Of a stretch of 64,000 nucleotides of DNA, positions 11,948-22,273 are shown in pieces. A program made the position numbers and the translations under genes. Source of the stretch: Perna viridis (lineage: Eukaryota); the NCBI GenBank assembly GCA_037379345.1, contig CM074514.1, forward strand, positions 25,420,001-25,484,000, given 5' to 3'. The notes beneath the pieces are model-generated. The model was not told the origin of the DNA. It searched no databases and was given only the letters and a program-made list of their open reading frames with translations. Numbering within the stretch: the first letter of the stretch is position 1; every line of letters begins with the position of its first letter.

Positions 11948-12284
11948 GTGGATCGTTACGGTGCATCCATTTGCACCATGAAAACCGATTTGTTCAACGC
12001 GTCACAGTTTTCTTTTCCTTTATCGTCTCCCCCGGTCTTGATATTTTATGAGCAACTCGGCGGGTGTTTCTAGAAAAGCAGAGGGCGCTTACCCTGCCGG
12101 TGCACTTGGTCCATGCTCCCAGTTTTAGTGGAGCCCGATTTGCTCATTTACTTTTGTTTCTTTGTTCGTATTATTTTGGTTATTTTATGTTCTTTGTTGT
12201 GAGTGTCTGCTTTCCCTGTCTGGTCTTTGTCCCTAGATTGCATTCTTTTGATTTCCGATAGGATCTTGGTTCCCGTGATTACTC
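11948..12284 (+). mobile_element. 5'-truncated copy of the same Penelope-like element (last RT codons plus 3' UTR)
   Basis: VDRYGASICTMKTDLFN followed by a UTR collinear with 1465-1800, sharing GTTTCTAGAAAAGCAGAGG, CGCTTACCCT and ATCTTGGTTCCC. Confidence 0.85.
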
Positions 12285-12379
12285 CATATATAATACTTAA
12301 ACTTACGTCATTACAGTCGTCAAAGTATCATAGACTGATTTACGTCTTCGCCGTCAACTTATATACTATACACTACCAG

Positions 12380-13757
12380 GAATTTAACTACAGATTTTAT
12401 GTACTTTTAATGCCGATATAAAATCAGTACTTTCTTTCGAATAACATTTCAGTAATGAATTTTTTTCGGTAATTTCAGTACTTACCTTTTTTTGTCATTT
12501 TACAGCGCTTTGATTTTTTGTCAATTTTCGTAAACTTTCGGTACTGTAAATTTCAGTCATTTTTCAGTACTGTGGTTTTCTGTCGTTTTTCAGTACAAAT
12601 AATTGATTTACGATGATTTATCAAAAAAAAATATTAGACTCGTGTTGTCGGAATATTCAACTTCGTTCATTTTAATGTTTATATAAACAAAACAAACGTG
12701 CAAAATGACGTAATTTGTTTACAGATCTTTCGAGCGTTTTACTGAGAAGAAGATAATTGTGAAAATTTAAGCGCATAAGTGATACCGACGAAAAACGGAA
12801 ACTGGCGTTCAAATTTCAGTTGGAAACGTCGCCGGTTGAATTTTACTGACATACTGCCACACAGACATCACCAGAACAGGAAACTGCTCTTTTAACAAGT
12901 TTGTAGAAGAACTTGAGCTTGGTATTGGCGCAATATTCGATGTAGATACAAATGAAACGTACAATATCTATCTGCATTCACCAGCTTGGGAACAAGTCTC
13001 AAGTCCCCCCACCACCACACTCATAAGGTGCTTTTTACCCATTTCAAAATTTAAAAAAATGGAATATTGTTAACCGTTGGAATATTTCTGTAATTTTTAG
13101 TAATTTTTTTCAGGATTGTATCTTGGTATTCTGGCCATTCTGCCTTTCTGGGGGGAAATTATCGAAAAATTTTGCCATTTAAGTTAAGAGTCAAAATTAG
13201 GGAGGTAAAATCAAAATTTTGGGAATATTGCATGATTTGATATGATGTTCTTTGGGAAAAGGTCCTTTTACAGGATCATGCTGAATGCTAGAAAAATCCA
13301 TGTTTTTGCTGTTTGCAAAGGAAGCATATGTTTTTTTTCAGTATGTACTACTACTATTATACTGTACATGTAGGTCCAAATGCAATATTTCAAGTCAACA
13401 CAATCATGACGTTCATCAAGTCATTTTTTAATCTGTCCATGCAAAATAAAAAATTAACCTTCCAAGATGGCAAACTTGCAATGTATTTGGACTACAAAGT
13501 ACAATACATGTACATTGTGTATTTCAAGACCTCTAACTTTTTAGTTACTAAATTACATACATGGATGTAAAAGTGAATCTTCTCAGAAAAGATATTGCTA
13601 TTGGACTGGTTAAAATCCATATTGGTCTTGCATATTGGACTAGTTAGTCAATTAAGGTATAATTGCGTAAGGTTTTCTATATTGGCTGAGTTATTGGTCC
13701 TCGGCTAGAAATATTGGATTTTGACTACGCCTCAGTCCAATATAGCTACTATATTAC
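12380..13757. mobile_element. Unclassified insertion(s) in the satellite, possibly a Crypton-like non-autonomous element
   Basis: Interrupts the 33-bp array. The left part has TTCAGTA repeats. The right end has repeated ATATTGG and the motif CCTCGGCTA...CTACGCCTCAGTCCAATA. Family assignment is by resemblance only. Confidence 0.35.
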
Positions 13758-13881
13758 TTCTTCGTCGTCAGGATATAGACAGCAGTTTACGTCTTTCGCC
13801 GTCAGAGTAAAAACAGCAGCTTATGTCTTTCACTGTTAGAGTATAGAAAATAATTTCCGTGTCCACCCTCAAAGTATAGAG

Positions 13882-14372
13882 TCCCGTGCAGGTCCGGGTG
13901 TCAAAAGAATAAGCGCTAAGCTTGTCGTAAAAGGCGAATAAATAGTGCTCAGAAATCTAGCCGGGGGCTAGGCGCTCTGCCCACAGAGCAACTGGGATGT
14001 GTGCCCCAGGTGGTGGAATGGGGTACCCCTGGCGTGTTACATGCTGGGGTTGTCAGGCTATAATACAGAAAACCTGACCGCAAACCATAGTGGTGCACCG
14101 TGTTGGGAAAGAGGCCACGTTCCTCGCACGTTCAAGAACCCTGCTGGGGTATTCGATAGGAGTAGGAACCTTTTCGCTCTGACACAGGAGGCTAAATTGT
14201 CCGACCTTACCCATCCCTCCCCTTTTTCTAGTGGCAGTAAAAATTTGTCGACCTTATTATCCTTGTATCCCATCCCATTTTTCATTTCATCATCATTTCA
14301 TGTTCATCGTCTGAATACAGCTGAAATATTGCTGCTAGGACGTTAAACCCCAACAATCAATCAGTCAATCAA
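13882..14372 (+). mobile_element. SINE-like retroposon, copy 1 (structured non-tRNA head, Deu/Nin-like body, (CAAT)n tail)
   Basis: TSD TCAAAGTATAGAG at 13869-13881 and 14373-14385. The 3' end CTGAAATATTGCTGCTAGGACGTTAAACCCCAACAATCAATC is LINE-tail-like. Collinear with 15221-15735. Confidence 0.88.
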
Positions 14373-14819
14373 TCAAAGTATAGAGGACAGCTTTCGCCTT
14401 AAGCGTCAGAGTCAAGACAGCATTTCCTTCCTTTACCATCAAAGTAGAGGCAATAATTTATATCTTTATTTTTATTTACATAAAGACAGAACTTTTTCAA
14501 CCTTCACAGATATTGCATAATCGGCAATTAACATCTTCAGTTTGTACCTAATGGAAGCAACTTTCTTTTCGACAGGCATGATATTATATTACAGTGACAA
14601 CATATACAGCAACTTGTATCAGAATAATTACTTCAGTCAACTTAACGTTATCAGTCGTATAACACAGACTATTACTTACATCTTGAAAGTGATTACATAG
14701 AAAGTGTAACAGTTGTAAAACACATAGAATATCTCACATCTATGTATTCATTCTGTAGTCTTCCTACAATCAATTCTTTAGTCAAGAATCAACATTTTCA
14801 CATTTATTGTTCAGGCAAC

Positions 14820-17310
14820 AACTTGTATCTCCAAATTCATTGTAAAGTCAGTAACTTATGTCTTTACATTCATTGTTAAGTCAGTAATTTACTTCTTTAC
14901 ATTCATTATATAGTCAGTAAATTACGTCATCACATTTATTATAAAGTCAGCACCTTATGTCTTCACATTCATTATGTAGTCAGTAATTTACTTCTTTACA
15001 TTCATTATATAGTCAGTAACTTACGTTTTCACATTCATTATATAGTCAGTAATTTACGTCTTTACATTTATTTTATAGTCCTTAACTCACGTCTTCACAT
15101 TCATTATATAGTCAGTAACTTACGTCTTCACATTCATTATATAGTCAGTAATTTACGTCTTCACATTTATTTTATGGTCAGTAACTTACGTCTTCACATT
15201 CATTATATAGTCAGTAACTTCCGGGTGTTAAAAGAATAGGCCTGCAGCAGCGCTAAGTTTGTCGTAAAAGGCGACTAAATAGTGCTCAGAACCCTAGCTG
15301 GGGGCTAGGGCGCTTTGCCCACAGAGCAACTGGGATGTGTGCCTCAGGTGGTTGAATGGGGTACCCCTGGGGTGTTACATGCTGGGGTTGTCAGGCTATA
15401 ATACAGAAAACCTGACCGCAAACCATAGTGGTGCACCGTGTTGGGAAAGATGCCACGTTCCTCGCACGTTAAAGAACCCTACTGTGTTATTCTCCCGGAG
15501 TAGGAACCATAGGGCTCCGCCACAGGAGGCTAAATTGCCCGACCCTACCCATCTCTCCCTATTTCCAGTGGCAATCAAAATTTGTCGACCCCATTGTCCT
15601 TGTGTCCCATCCCTTTTTCATTTCGTCATCATTTCATGTTCATTTTATCACCAATTTCATGTTCATCGTCTGAATATAGCTGAAATATTGCTGCTCGGGC
15701 GTTAAACCCCAACAAACAAACAAACAAACAAACAGGTAACTTACAAATTCTTTATATTGTCAGTAACTTACGTCTTCACATTCATTATATAGTCTGTAAC
15801 TTACGATTTCACATTCTTCATAAAGTCAGTTACTTACGTCTTCACATTCAAAATATAGTCAGTAAATTACGTCTTCATATTAATTATATAGTCAGCAATT
15901 TACGTCTTTACATTCAATATATAGTCAGTAACTTACGTCTTCACATTCATTATATAGTCAGTAACTTATGTCTTTACATTCAATATATTGTCAGTAACTT
16001 ACGTCTTCACATTCATTATATAGTCAGTAACTTGCGTCTTCTGAATTCTTAAAACAGTCAGTAATTTACGTCTTCACATTTATTTTATAGTCAGTAACTT
16101 ACGTCTTCACATTCATTATATAGTCAGTAATTTACGTCTTCACATTTATTTTATGGTCAGTAACTTACGCCTTCACATTCTTTATATAGTCAGTAACTTA
16201 CGTCTTCACATTCATTATGTGGTCAGTAACTTTTGTCTTTACATTCATTATGTGGTCAGTAACTTTTGTCTTTACATTCATTATATAGTCAGTAAATTAC
16301 GTCTTCATTATATAGACCTGACATTACGTCTTCACATTCATTATATAGTCAGTAATTTACTTCTTTACATTCAATATATAGTCAGTAAATTACGTCTTCA
16401 CATTCATTGAATAGTCAGTCACTTACGATTTCACATTCTTCATATAGTCAGTTACTTACGTTTGCACATTCAATATATAGTCAGTAAATTACGTCTTCAC
16501 ATTCTTTATATAGTCATTAACTTACGCCTTTACATTCATTAAATAGTCAGTAACTTACGTCTTCACATTCATTACATAGTCAGTAACTTACGGCTTCACA
16601 TTCATTACATAGTCAGATACTTACGTCTCCACATTCATTATATAGTTCGTAACTTATGTTGTCATTGTATAGTACTGAAATTACGTCTTCGCATTCTTTA
16701 TATAGTCAGTAATTTACGTCTTTACATTCAATATATAGTCAGTAACGTACGTCTTCACATTATTTATATAGTCAATAACTTACGTCTTCACATTCATTAT
16801 ATAGTTATCAAACTACATCTTCAAGTTCATTGTATAGTCACCAAATTGCGAGTTGACATTCTTTACACAGTCAGTAACCTGCATCTCCACGTTCATTGTA
16901 AAGTCATCAACGTACATGTGCGTCCTCGTGTATATTATTTAGTCTACAACATGATCTCCTAATACGTTGAAGAGTTGACAAAAACATCTTCATATCCAAT
17001 AATAGTCAGTAACTTGCGTCTTCATATTCACAGTTATTATTGTTAACAACTTACATTTCCACATTCAATACAAACAATTACTTTGTTCCTCATGTCCGTT
17101 GTATAGTTAACAACTTACATCTTCACGTTTATTTTTTGTCAACAACATGCATCTTTGCATTCATTATAGTGTTGACAACTTACATCTTCATATTCATTGT
17201 GCAGTCACTAACTTACATCTCTGCATTCATTGTATAAGCAACCATTTACATTTCCACATTCTTTATATAGACAGCAACTTACGTCTTCAAATTCATTGTA
17301 TAGACAACAA
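14820..17310. repeat. 33-bp satellite, homogeneous core
   Basis: Unit TATATAGTCAGTAACTTACGTCTTCACATTCAT, period 33 (GTCAGTA at 15111 and 15144). Dozens of copies, degenerating beyond about 16800. Confidence 0.95.
15221..15735 (+). mobile_element. SINE-like retroposon, copy 2 (slightly 5'-truncated, (CAAA)n tail)
   Basis: TSD GTAACTT at 15214-15220 and 15736-15742. Collinear with copy 1 and inserted in the young satellite core. Confidence 0.88.
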
Positions 17311-17529
17311 CTTTAAATCAATGTTTGTTGATTCTCTGGTACTTGTTAAATTGCGCATATTTCACCTTGTCGTCATGTGTTAAAACCCTGCTTTTGGGAT
17401 TAAACCATGATACTTAACAACTGCAGGTATGTTATGTTTTTTTTCTAATAAGTTTACATGGTCATTTTCAAGTATAATATTGAAATCATCCACACTGTTG
17501 ATAAACTTATATACACTGTCTAGTTCTGT

Positions 17530-17840
17530 GTTACGAACGTCAGCTGTTTCTAGAAAAGCAGGAGACGATAATCTGTTACTTGTTAGCATATGTCAAACTA
17601 CTTGGGTAGCTTTGAGGGCAGCGTGTTCGTGTGTCAGTTTTATAGAAACAGTTATGTATTGTTGTATTAGTACAAATGTGCTTTCTTCTTGTGTTTCCAC
17701 AGTTGCTGATCACTAAGACAAATTAAATGAAGATTTATTGGTGGGCTCTTTGTCGTGCTCAGTTCTGTTGGTTTTGGTTTTGTGTTTGTATATGTGTTGC
17801 TTCTTGCTTATTTCATTTCCTTTTTGCTTTTGTTTTTGTA
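17530..17840 (+). mobile_element. Highly decayed relic of the Penelope-like 3' UTR
   Basis: Retains TGTTTCTAGAAAAGCAG (about 17546-17562) and a downstream GT-rich tract resembling the UTR. Confidence 0.35.
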
Positions 17841-18311
17841 AACATTAAAATAACAAACTATATATATATATAATCTCGGTCATTTAATAAATTACAATTC
17901 ATAACAACATATTAAAATATAACGTTTGCTTATTTTACAAAATTAATACAAAGCATCATAATAAATACATCTTTGGATATTAAAATGGTTTCCTTGTAAT
18001 GCTTTACAGTGAACTGATATGATGTGTCCATTTTACATTAAATCTCTTCCTCTCAACCTCTCACTCTCATTCATATCCAAGTATCATCTACTGTACCATC
18101 TACTATATAATAACGAGCAAGCGCACTTCTCATTTAGATTATCTCCAATTCTTTTTTCAGCCAAGCGCGCATATAATTTAAATTCCCATACTATTCCTTC
18201 AGCTCAGCAAAAAGATGGATCTCTACAATTCTAGAACATTTTTAAAAAAAAAAGAAAACAAACCTTTGCCAAGTGAAATGCCCAACTTCTGTACTTATCA
18301 TTATTTTTACA

Positions 18312-18492
18312 CAGTGAAACCTGTATGAACCGAACTCTGAATAATCCAGAAAAAAACAGTATGAACAGTCTCTTTATATCAATTAAAAATGTATTTTGAA
18401 CCTAAGTAAACCGAACACCTGTCTAAGGCAAACCAATTTCAAAGTCCAAAAGGGGTTCAGGCCCGGGCTTCCGGTTTACAAAGGTTTCACTG
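18312..18492. mobile_element. Tc1/mariner-pogo-type MITE
   Basis: TIR CAGTGAAACCT / AGGTTTCACTG with internal AACCGAAC repeats. Both flanking dinucleotides read CA instead of the usual TA. Confidence 0.7.
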
Positions 18493-21053
18493 CATTTATT
18501 CTGTACATACATTCATTTTACAGCTCTCAAACCAAATCTCTCCTCTTTCACACACAACTTTCAGTACAATTTCACTTTACTTTTTAAATGCTGTACCCTA
18601 AAACATATTGTTACTGAAAGATATTGCACTGGTCCAGACATGCCGCGTGCAGGAACAGCAGTGAAAAAATGTCTTACTTCATCACTTTGACTGTAGATAG
18701 CGTGATTAATGAAAATAATATGACTAGGTACCATGAACCATGTAAACTATTTAATGCTGTATTAGTATAATAAAGCTTGATATTTTTATGTTCCGACTAG
18801 CAACATTGAATGTTTCAAAAATAGAAAATGTAATTCAAAATCTAACTAGTGGTAAATTACTCTTACATTTTATCATAATCTATATTCATTATCTTCTCGT
18901 TACAAAAATAATAGCAGGCTTGCTTTGATAGGCTTTGAATGCATGTCAAAAGTTATTTCTGACTTTTCAGTGCAGACTTACAAATTACAAAGATGTTTAA
19001 GAAAAACGTAGATTCTACCTCATGATAACTACTTACTATATATTTTTCTTACTAAGATCAATAGAAAATTTTAATAGTTGGCAAGACCCCCTATACAGAA
19101 TAGAACGAATTTAAAAGAAAGCATATTGATCACGTGGTCTTTTGATTCATATTTAAACACTATGTAAACTATTTGGAAATGCATTTTTAAAATGCATTAA
19201 GATTTTAAGATACTGTCGTTGTATTGCAATGGGAAGATTTATAGTTACAATTTTGCGGACAATTTTTTCATTGAAAACGCAACGAAGCAAGAACAAAGCA
19301 TACCACTTACATTCCACACTCACATTGTACTAGGTACGATGAACCTCTCACGTGTTTAGAGATAGTTATTGTTATAAATTTTCATTAAGTCTTGACCATG
19401 AATATCAAATACTTTACAAAATTTAATCATAAACAAAGTATAAATAATTTTAAAGGGGAAGTAGTATTCTGGTGGTAGGTTGGTATCAAGTATTACAATA
19501 TCGTGAGGTGTGAAGCTGAAACAACTCTACTTCGACTAGTTACTCTGTGTGGTATACCGACAGTTGTTTCGTAAATTACTTTCGCATTATAATGAAACAA
19601 CAAAACAAAATAAAACAACCTTGGCGTGTAGACAGAGTTTCCAAGATATCCCCCATAAAATTTGTCAAAATTTATGACTATGTTTTTGAAATCTCTTCCA
19701 ATCAATAAAAGTTATTAGCAATCCTTACAGAGTTGATTAATCAAGGAAAAGACTAGAAACCTTAACAATTTGAAATCACCAAAATTAATCATAAGCAATT
19801 TTCGTCTTATATAAAAGATGAATATATTATTGGTCTGATGAATTGACTTGTTTTGGAATGAGTCATGATTATTGACCAATGCCTTCTTTAGTGGACAGAG
19901 TAATTCATTAGACAGTCATACAGCCTGTTATGAATAATCAATGTAACAATACTAAATTGGAGCCTTTCAAACATTAACAATCCAGTATAACGCACTGTAA
20001 ACCACCAGATAAGAATCAGAAATAAGCCACTTCCATTAGTTTTTGACACTTTAAAACTTTGGGAGTGGGTTTTAAGCCCAACACATCAAGTTAAACACCT
20101 ACTGGATTTTCAAGGGGATAGCGATACTGTCTAAACAATTTAGAACTGTTTATGACGGATCAAAAATAGGCAAAAATCCTTAAAAGCCACCCACGTCTCA
20201 TATTCAAAAAGGCGGAAAAGGATATCGAATACATAAAGTACTGCAATTGGCTTATTATATGGGATAATCTTGTCATGTAAAAAGAGAAGTAGCAAATGTA
20301 AATATAGACAATAAATTGACAATGCAGTATATGATATTCACAAAAATGATCATGCATACTCTTACAAAAACATATACACGAGAATATGTGAAAGACCATG
20401 TAACATATGTCAATCTTTGAACACAAAAGTAATGAACATTTTAAAAACAAACAATGATCTATGAAAGACATTTACATAACTTACTGATCTTGCAGACTAC
20501 CGAAGGAACTGGGGATAGTGAAGAAATAAAAGATTGATTTCACAGAACCGAAAAGAATGCCGAAATATTACAGGTATATAAGGTCTATTTATCTAACATA
20601 TGAAACTGTATAAAATCTCGATAGTTCAGCACAGCAGATTTTAGCTGACATTCTAAATGGGCTAAACTATGAAAATGTTTACTAGTAGTCAGTGTGTCTT
20701 GGCTGATTTCATCAATGCTAGAAACTTTTTTTCCTATAAGACAAAGTAGTTGTGCCATCATGGAACTTTATTTTTCTTTCTTTTCAACTGAACGCTTCTT
20801 TCTAATGATAGAGCATAAAAGCTCGTTCGGTTTTCTACAAGACCAATGTTGACATAAGTACAAATTTCTCTAATCACACAATGTTTCGGAATGACATACA
20901 AGTTGAATCATCTGAGGCAATACCAAAATCACATTCGCCACATATGACCTTAGATATCACAGTTAAGCATGTGACTTCTCGTTACACCATACCAAGTGTT
21001 ATGTTGGCCCGCTTTGTAAAAGTCAAAAGAGCTCTTCGGTCGCATGCATTCAC

Positions 21054-21059
21054 TTTATT
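21054..21059 (-). promoter_or_regulatory. First canonical poly(A) signal downstream of NDNF
   Basis: AATAAA on the minus strand. I found no AATAAA or ATTAAA between the stop (22274) and this site, only weaker TATAAA/GATAAA variants near 21900-21945. Confidence 0.4.
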
Positions 21060-21240
21060 TCATTTTTTTCACTTTTAAACCATTATATTTGGTCTAGGTA
21101 ATAATTGCTCTTTCATTCTGAAGACATAATCACAACATTTTAGTTGAACAAAATAAGTCAGGCGTTAAATTATGCCGGGTGAAGTTCTCCCGGGTTATAA
21201 ATCTAAGTACGAAAATACCGCTCGTATTAAAATTGCTAAT

Positions 21241-21280
21241 TCCGGTACACGTGTTTCATGGAGCAACCTCTCACCGGCAT
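21241..21280 (-). ncRNA. Decayed hammerhead ribozyme relic
   Basis: Minus strand AUG CCGGUGA GAGGUUGCUCCAU GAA ACACGUGU A. The CUGAUGA core carries two transitions, the palindromic stem III ACACGUGU and a GUA triplet are intact, and stem I is largely deleted. Confidence 0.5.
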
Positions 21281-21566
21281 TAGAACCAAATACATTGGAA
21301 GACCTAAAAAAATTACGCAAGAAATACTCGAAACCAAAAATATCAAACTAGAAAGCCAAAACTGAGAAGTTCAGTCAAGTGTCATAGTGCGTTTGAGTTT
21401 TGAAAAACTGTAAATTTCGGTAAATGATCGATGGTATATATGGGGTCAGACAAGTCCGATAATTGGGCTGGTGAATACCCTTGGGGCATTTGGTCCACCA
21501 GCAGTGGCATCGACCCGGTGGTTGCCACGTACAAGTTACCATTCATAAAATAATGCAAATTCCGAT

Positions 21567-21610
21567 ATACTGAACACATGTTTCAAGGTGTAACCCATCA
21601 TCAGCAGCAT
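21567..21610 (-). ncRNA. Type I hammerhead ribozyme (near-canonical)
   Basis: Minus strand AUGCUG CUGAUGA UGGGU-UAC-ACCUU GAAA C-AUGU-G UU CAGUAU. 6-bp stem I (AUGCUG/CAGUAU), intact CUGAUGA and GAAA, 4-bp stem II closed by a U-U mismatch, short stem III. Predicted cleavage after GUU at 21573. Confidence 0.7.
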
Positions 21611-22273
21611 TAGAACCAAATAAATAAATTAATATCTTATTTTGATTGGTCCAAAAAAACTCGAGGCTATCATCTAACTCTATAGACAGCTAACAGCCAC
21701 AATACCTATATGTGATTTAGCTTTTTGGTCAATGTAAATTTGTCTATATTTCTCCCAATAGAGCTATTCTACTATAAAAGTAAATGGTTGTTTTGTCATC
21801 ATGTTCAGTAACTTGTCTAAAAGCTGGTTCAGAAACATAGTTTTTTATGAGTGTAACTACATTTCAGAATATTTTAAACGTATCCCGCCTGCGACTTTAT
21901 AACTAATAGTTTTAAAGCCTTTGCAGCACTTGTCTTTTTTATCATAACACTTGGTTGTCAGAACTTCCTTAATTGTACCGCAAGTGCGTTTTGTTTTGTT
22001 CTTGTCAGCAATGCCACTACTGCAAGATAAGCACTGCAGTTAGAGAAAAAAAACTGGCGCCATGTAAAAAAAAACATTACGCATACATATGAACGACAGG
22101 CGGCACGCGTCTTCCTCAGAAGACCTATCCTTATCAATCAGGTCATCAATACATTAACGGTACAACATTGAACTCCGCTGACCTACGTCTGCACCACCAT
22201 GAAGAAGAGGCACTTCAGATTCAATGTCGACCCTAGTCAATGATACCCCAGTCGCTATTTTTAACATATTGCT

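Larger units (their letters stand above)
10560..14820. repeat. Old, diverged part of a 33-bp satellite, interrupted by several insertions
   Basis: Recurrent unit approximately CATAGTAAAGACAGCAATTTACRTCTTCACCGT at 10560-11860, 12290-12370, 13765-13880 and 14385-14820. It aligns without gaps to the younger unit downstream. Confidence 0.7.
21228..21622 (-). mobile_element. Retrozyme-like or Penelope pseudo-LTR-like unit bounded by two hammerhead-containing direct repeats
   Basis: Imperfect direct repeats at about 21228-21292 and 21547-21622 share GCATTAGAACCAAATA. Each carries a hammerhead-type core on the minus strand, and the two GAAA motifs are 327 nt apart. Confidence 0.65.

Noticed and set aside
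12048-12118. SECIS element in the PLE 3' UTR (ATGA...AAAA)
   Set aside because: The ATGA is about 22 nt from the A-run, too far for a canonical SECIS, and I found no matching GA on the 3' strand.
14117-14135. CGT-TCCTCGC-ACG resembling the HDV ribozyme P3/L3
   Set aside because: It is not followed by a P1 3' strand and the GG of P1.1. The context fits the Deu/Nin-like SINE body.
13999-15705. 115-aa and 122-aa ORFs as paralogous genes
   Set aside because: Both lie inside the two SINE copies, start at GTG and show no recognisable domain.
14820-17310. 33-bp repeats as a CRISPR array or a repeat-protein gene (ORFs such as VSNLRLHIHYI)
   Set aside because: The units are head-to-tail with no unique spacers, there are no cas genes, and the context is eukaryotic. 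The ORFs arise because 33 is a multiple of 3, and they are broken by stops and insertions.
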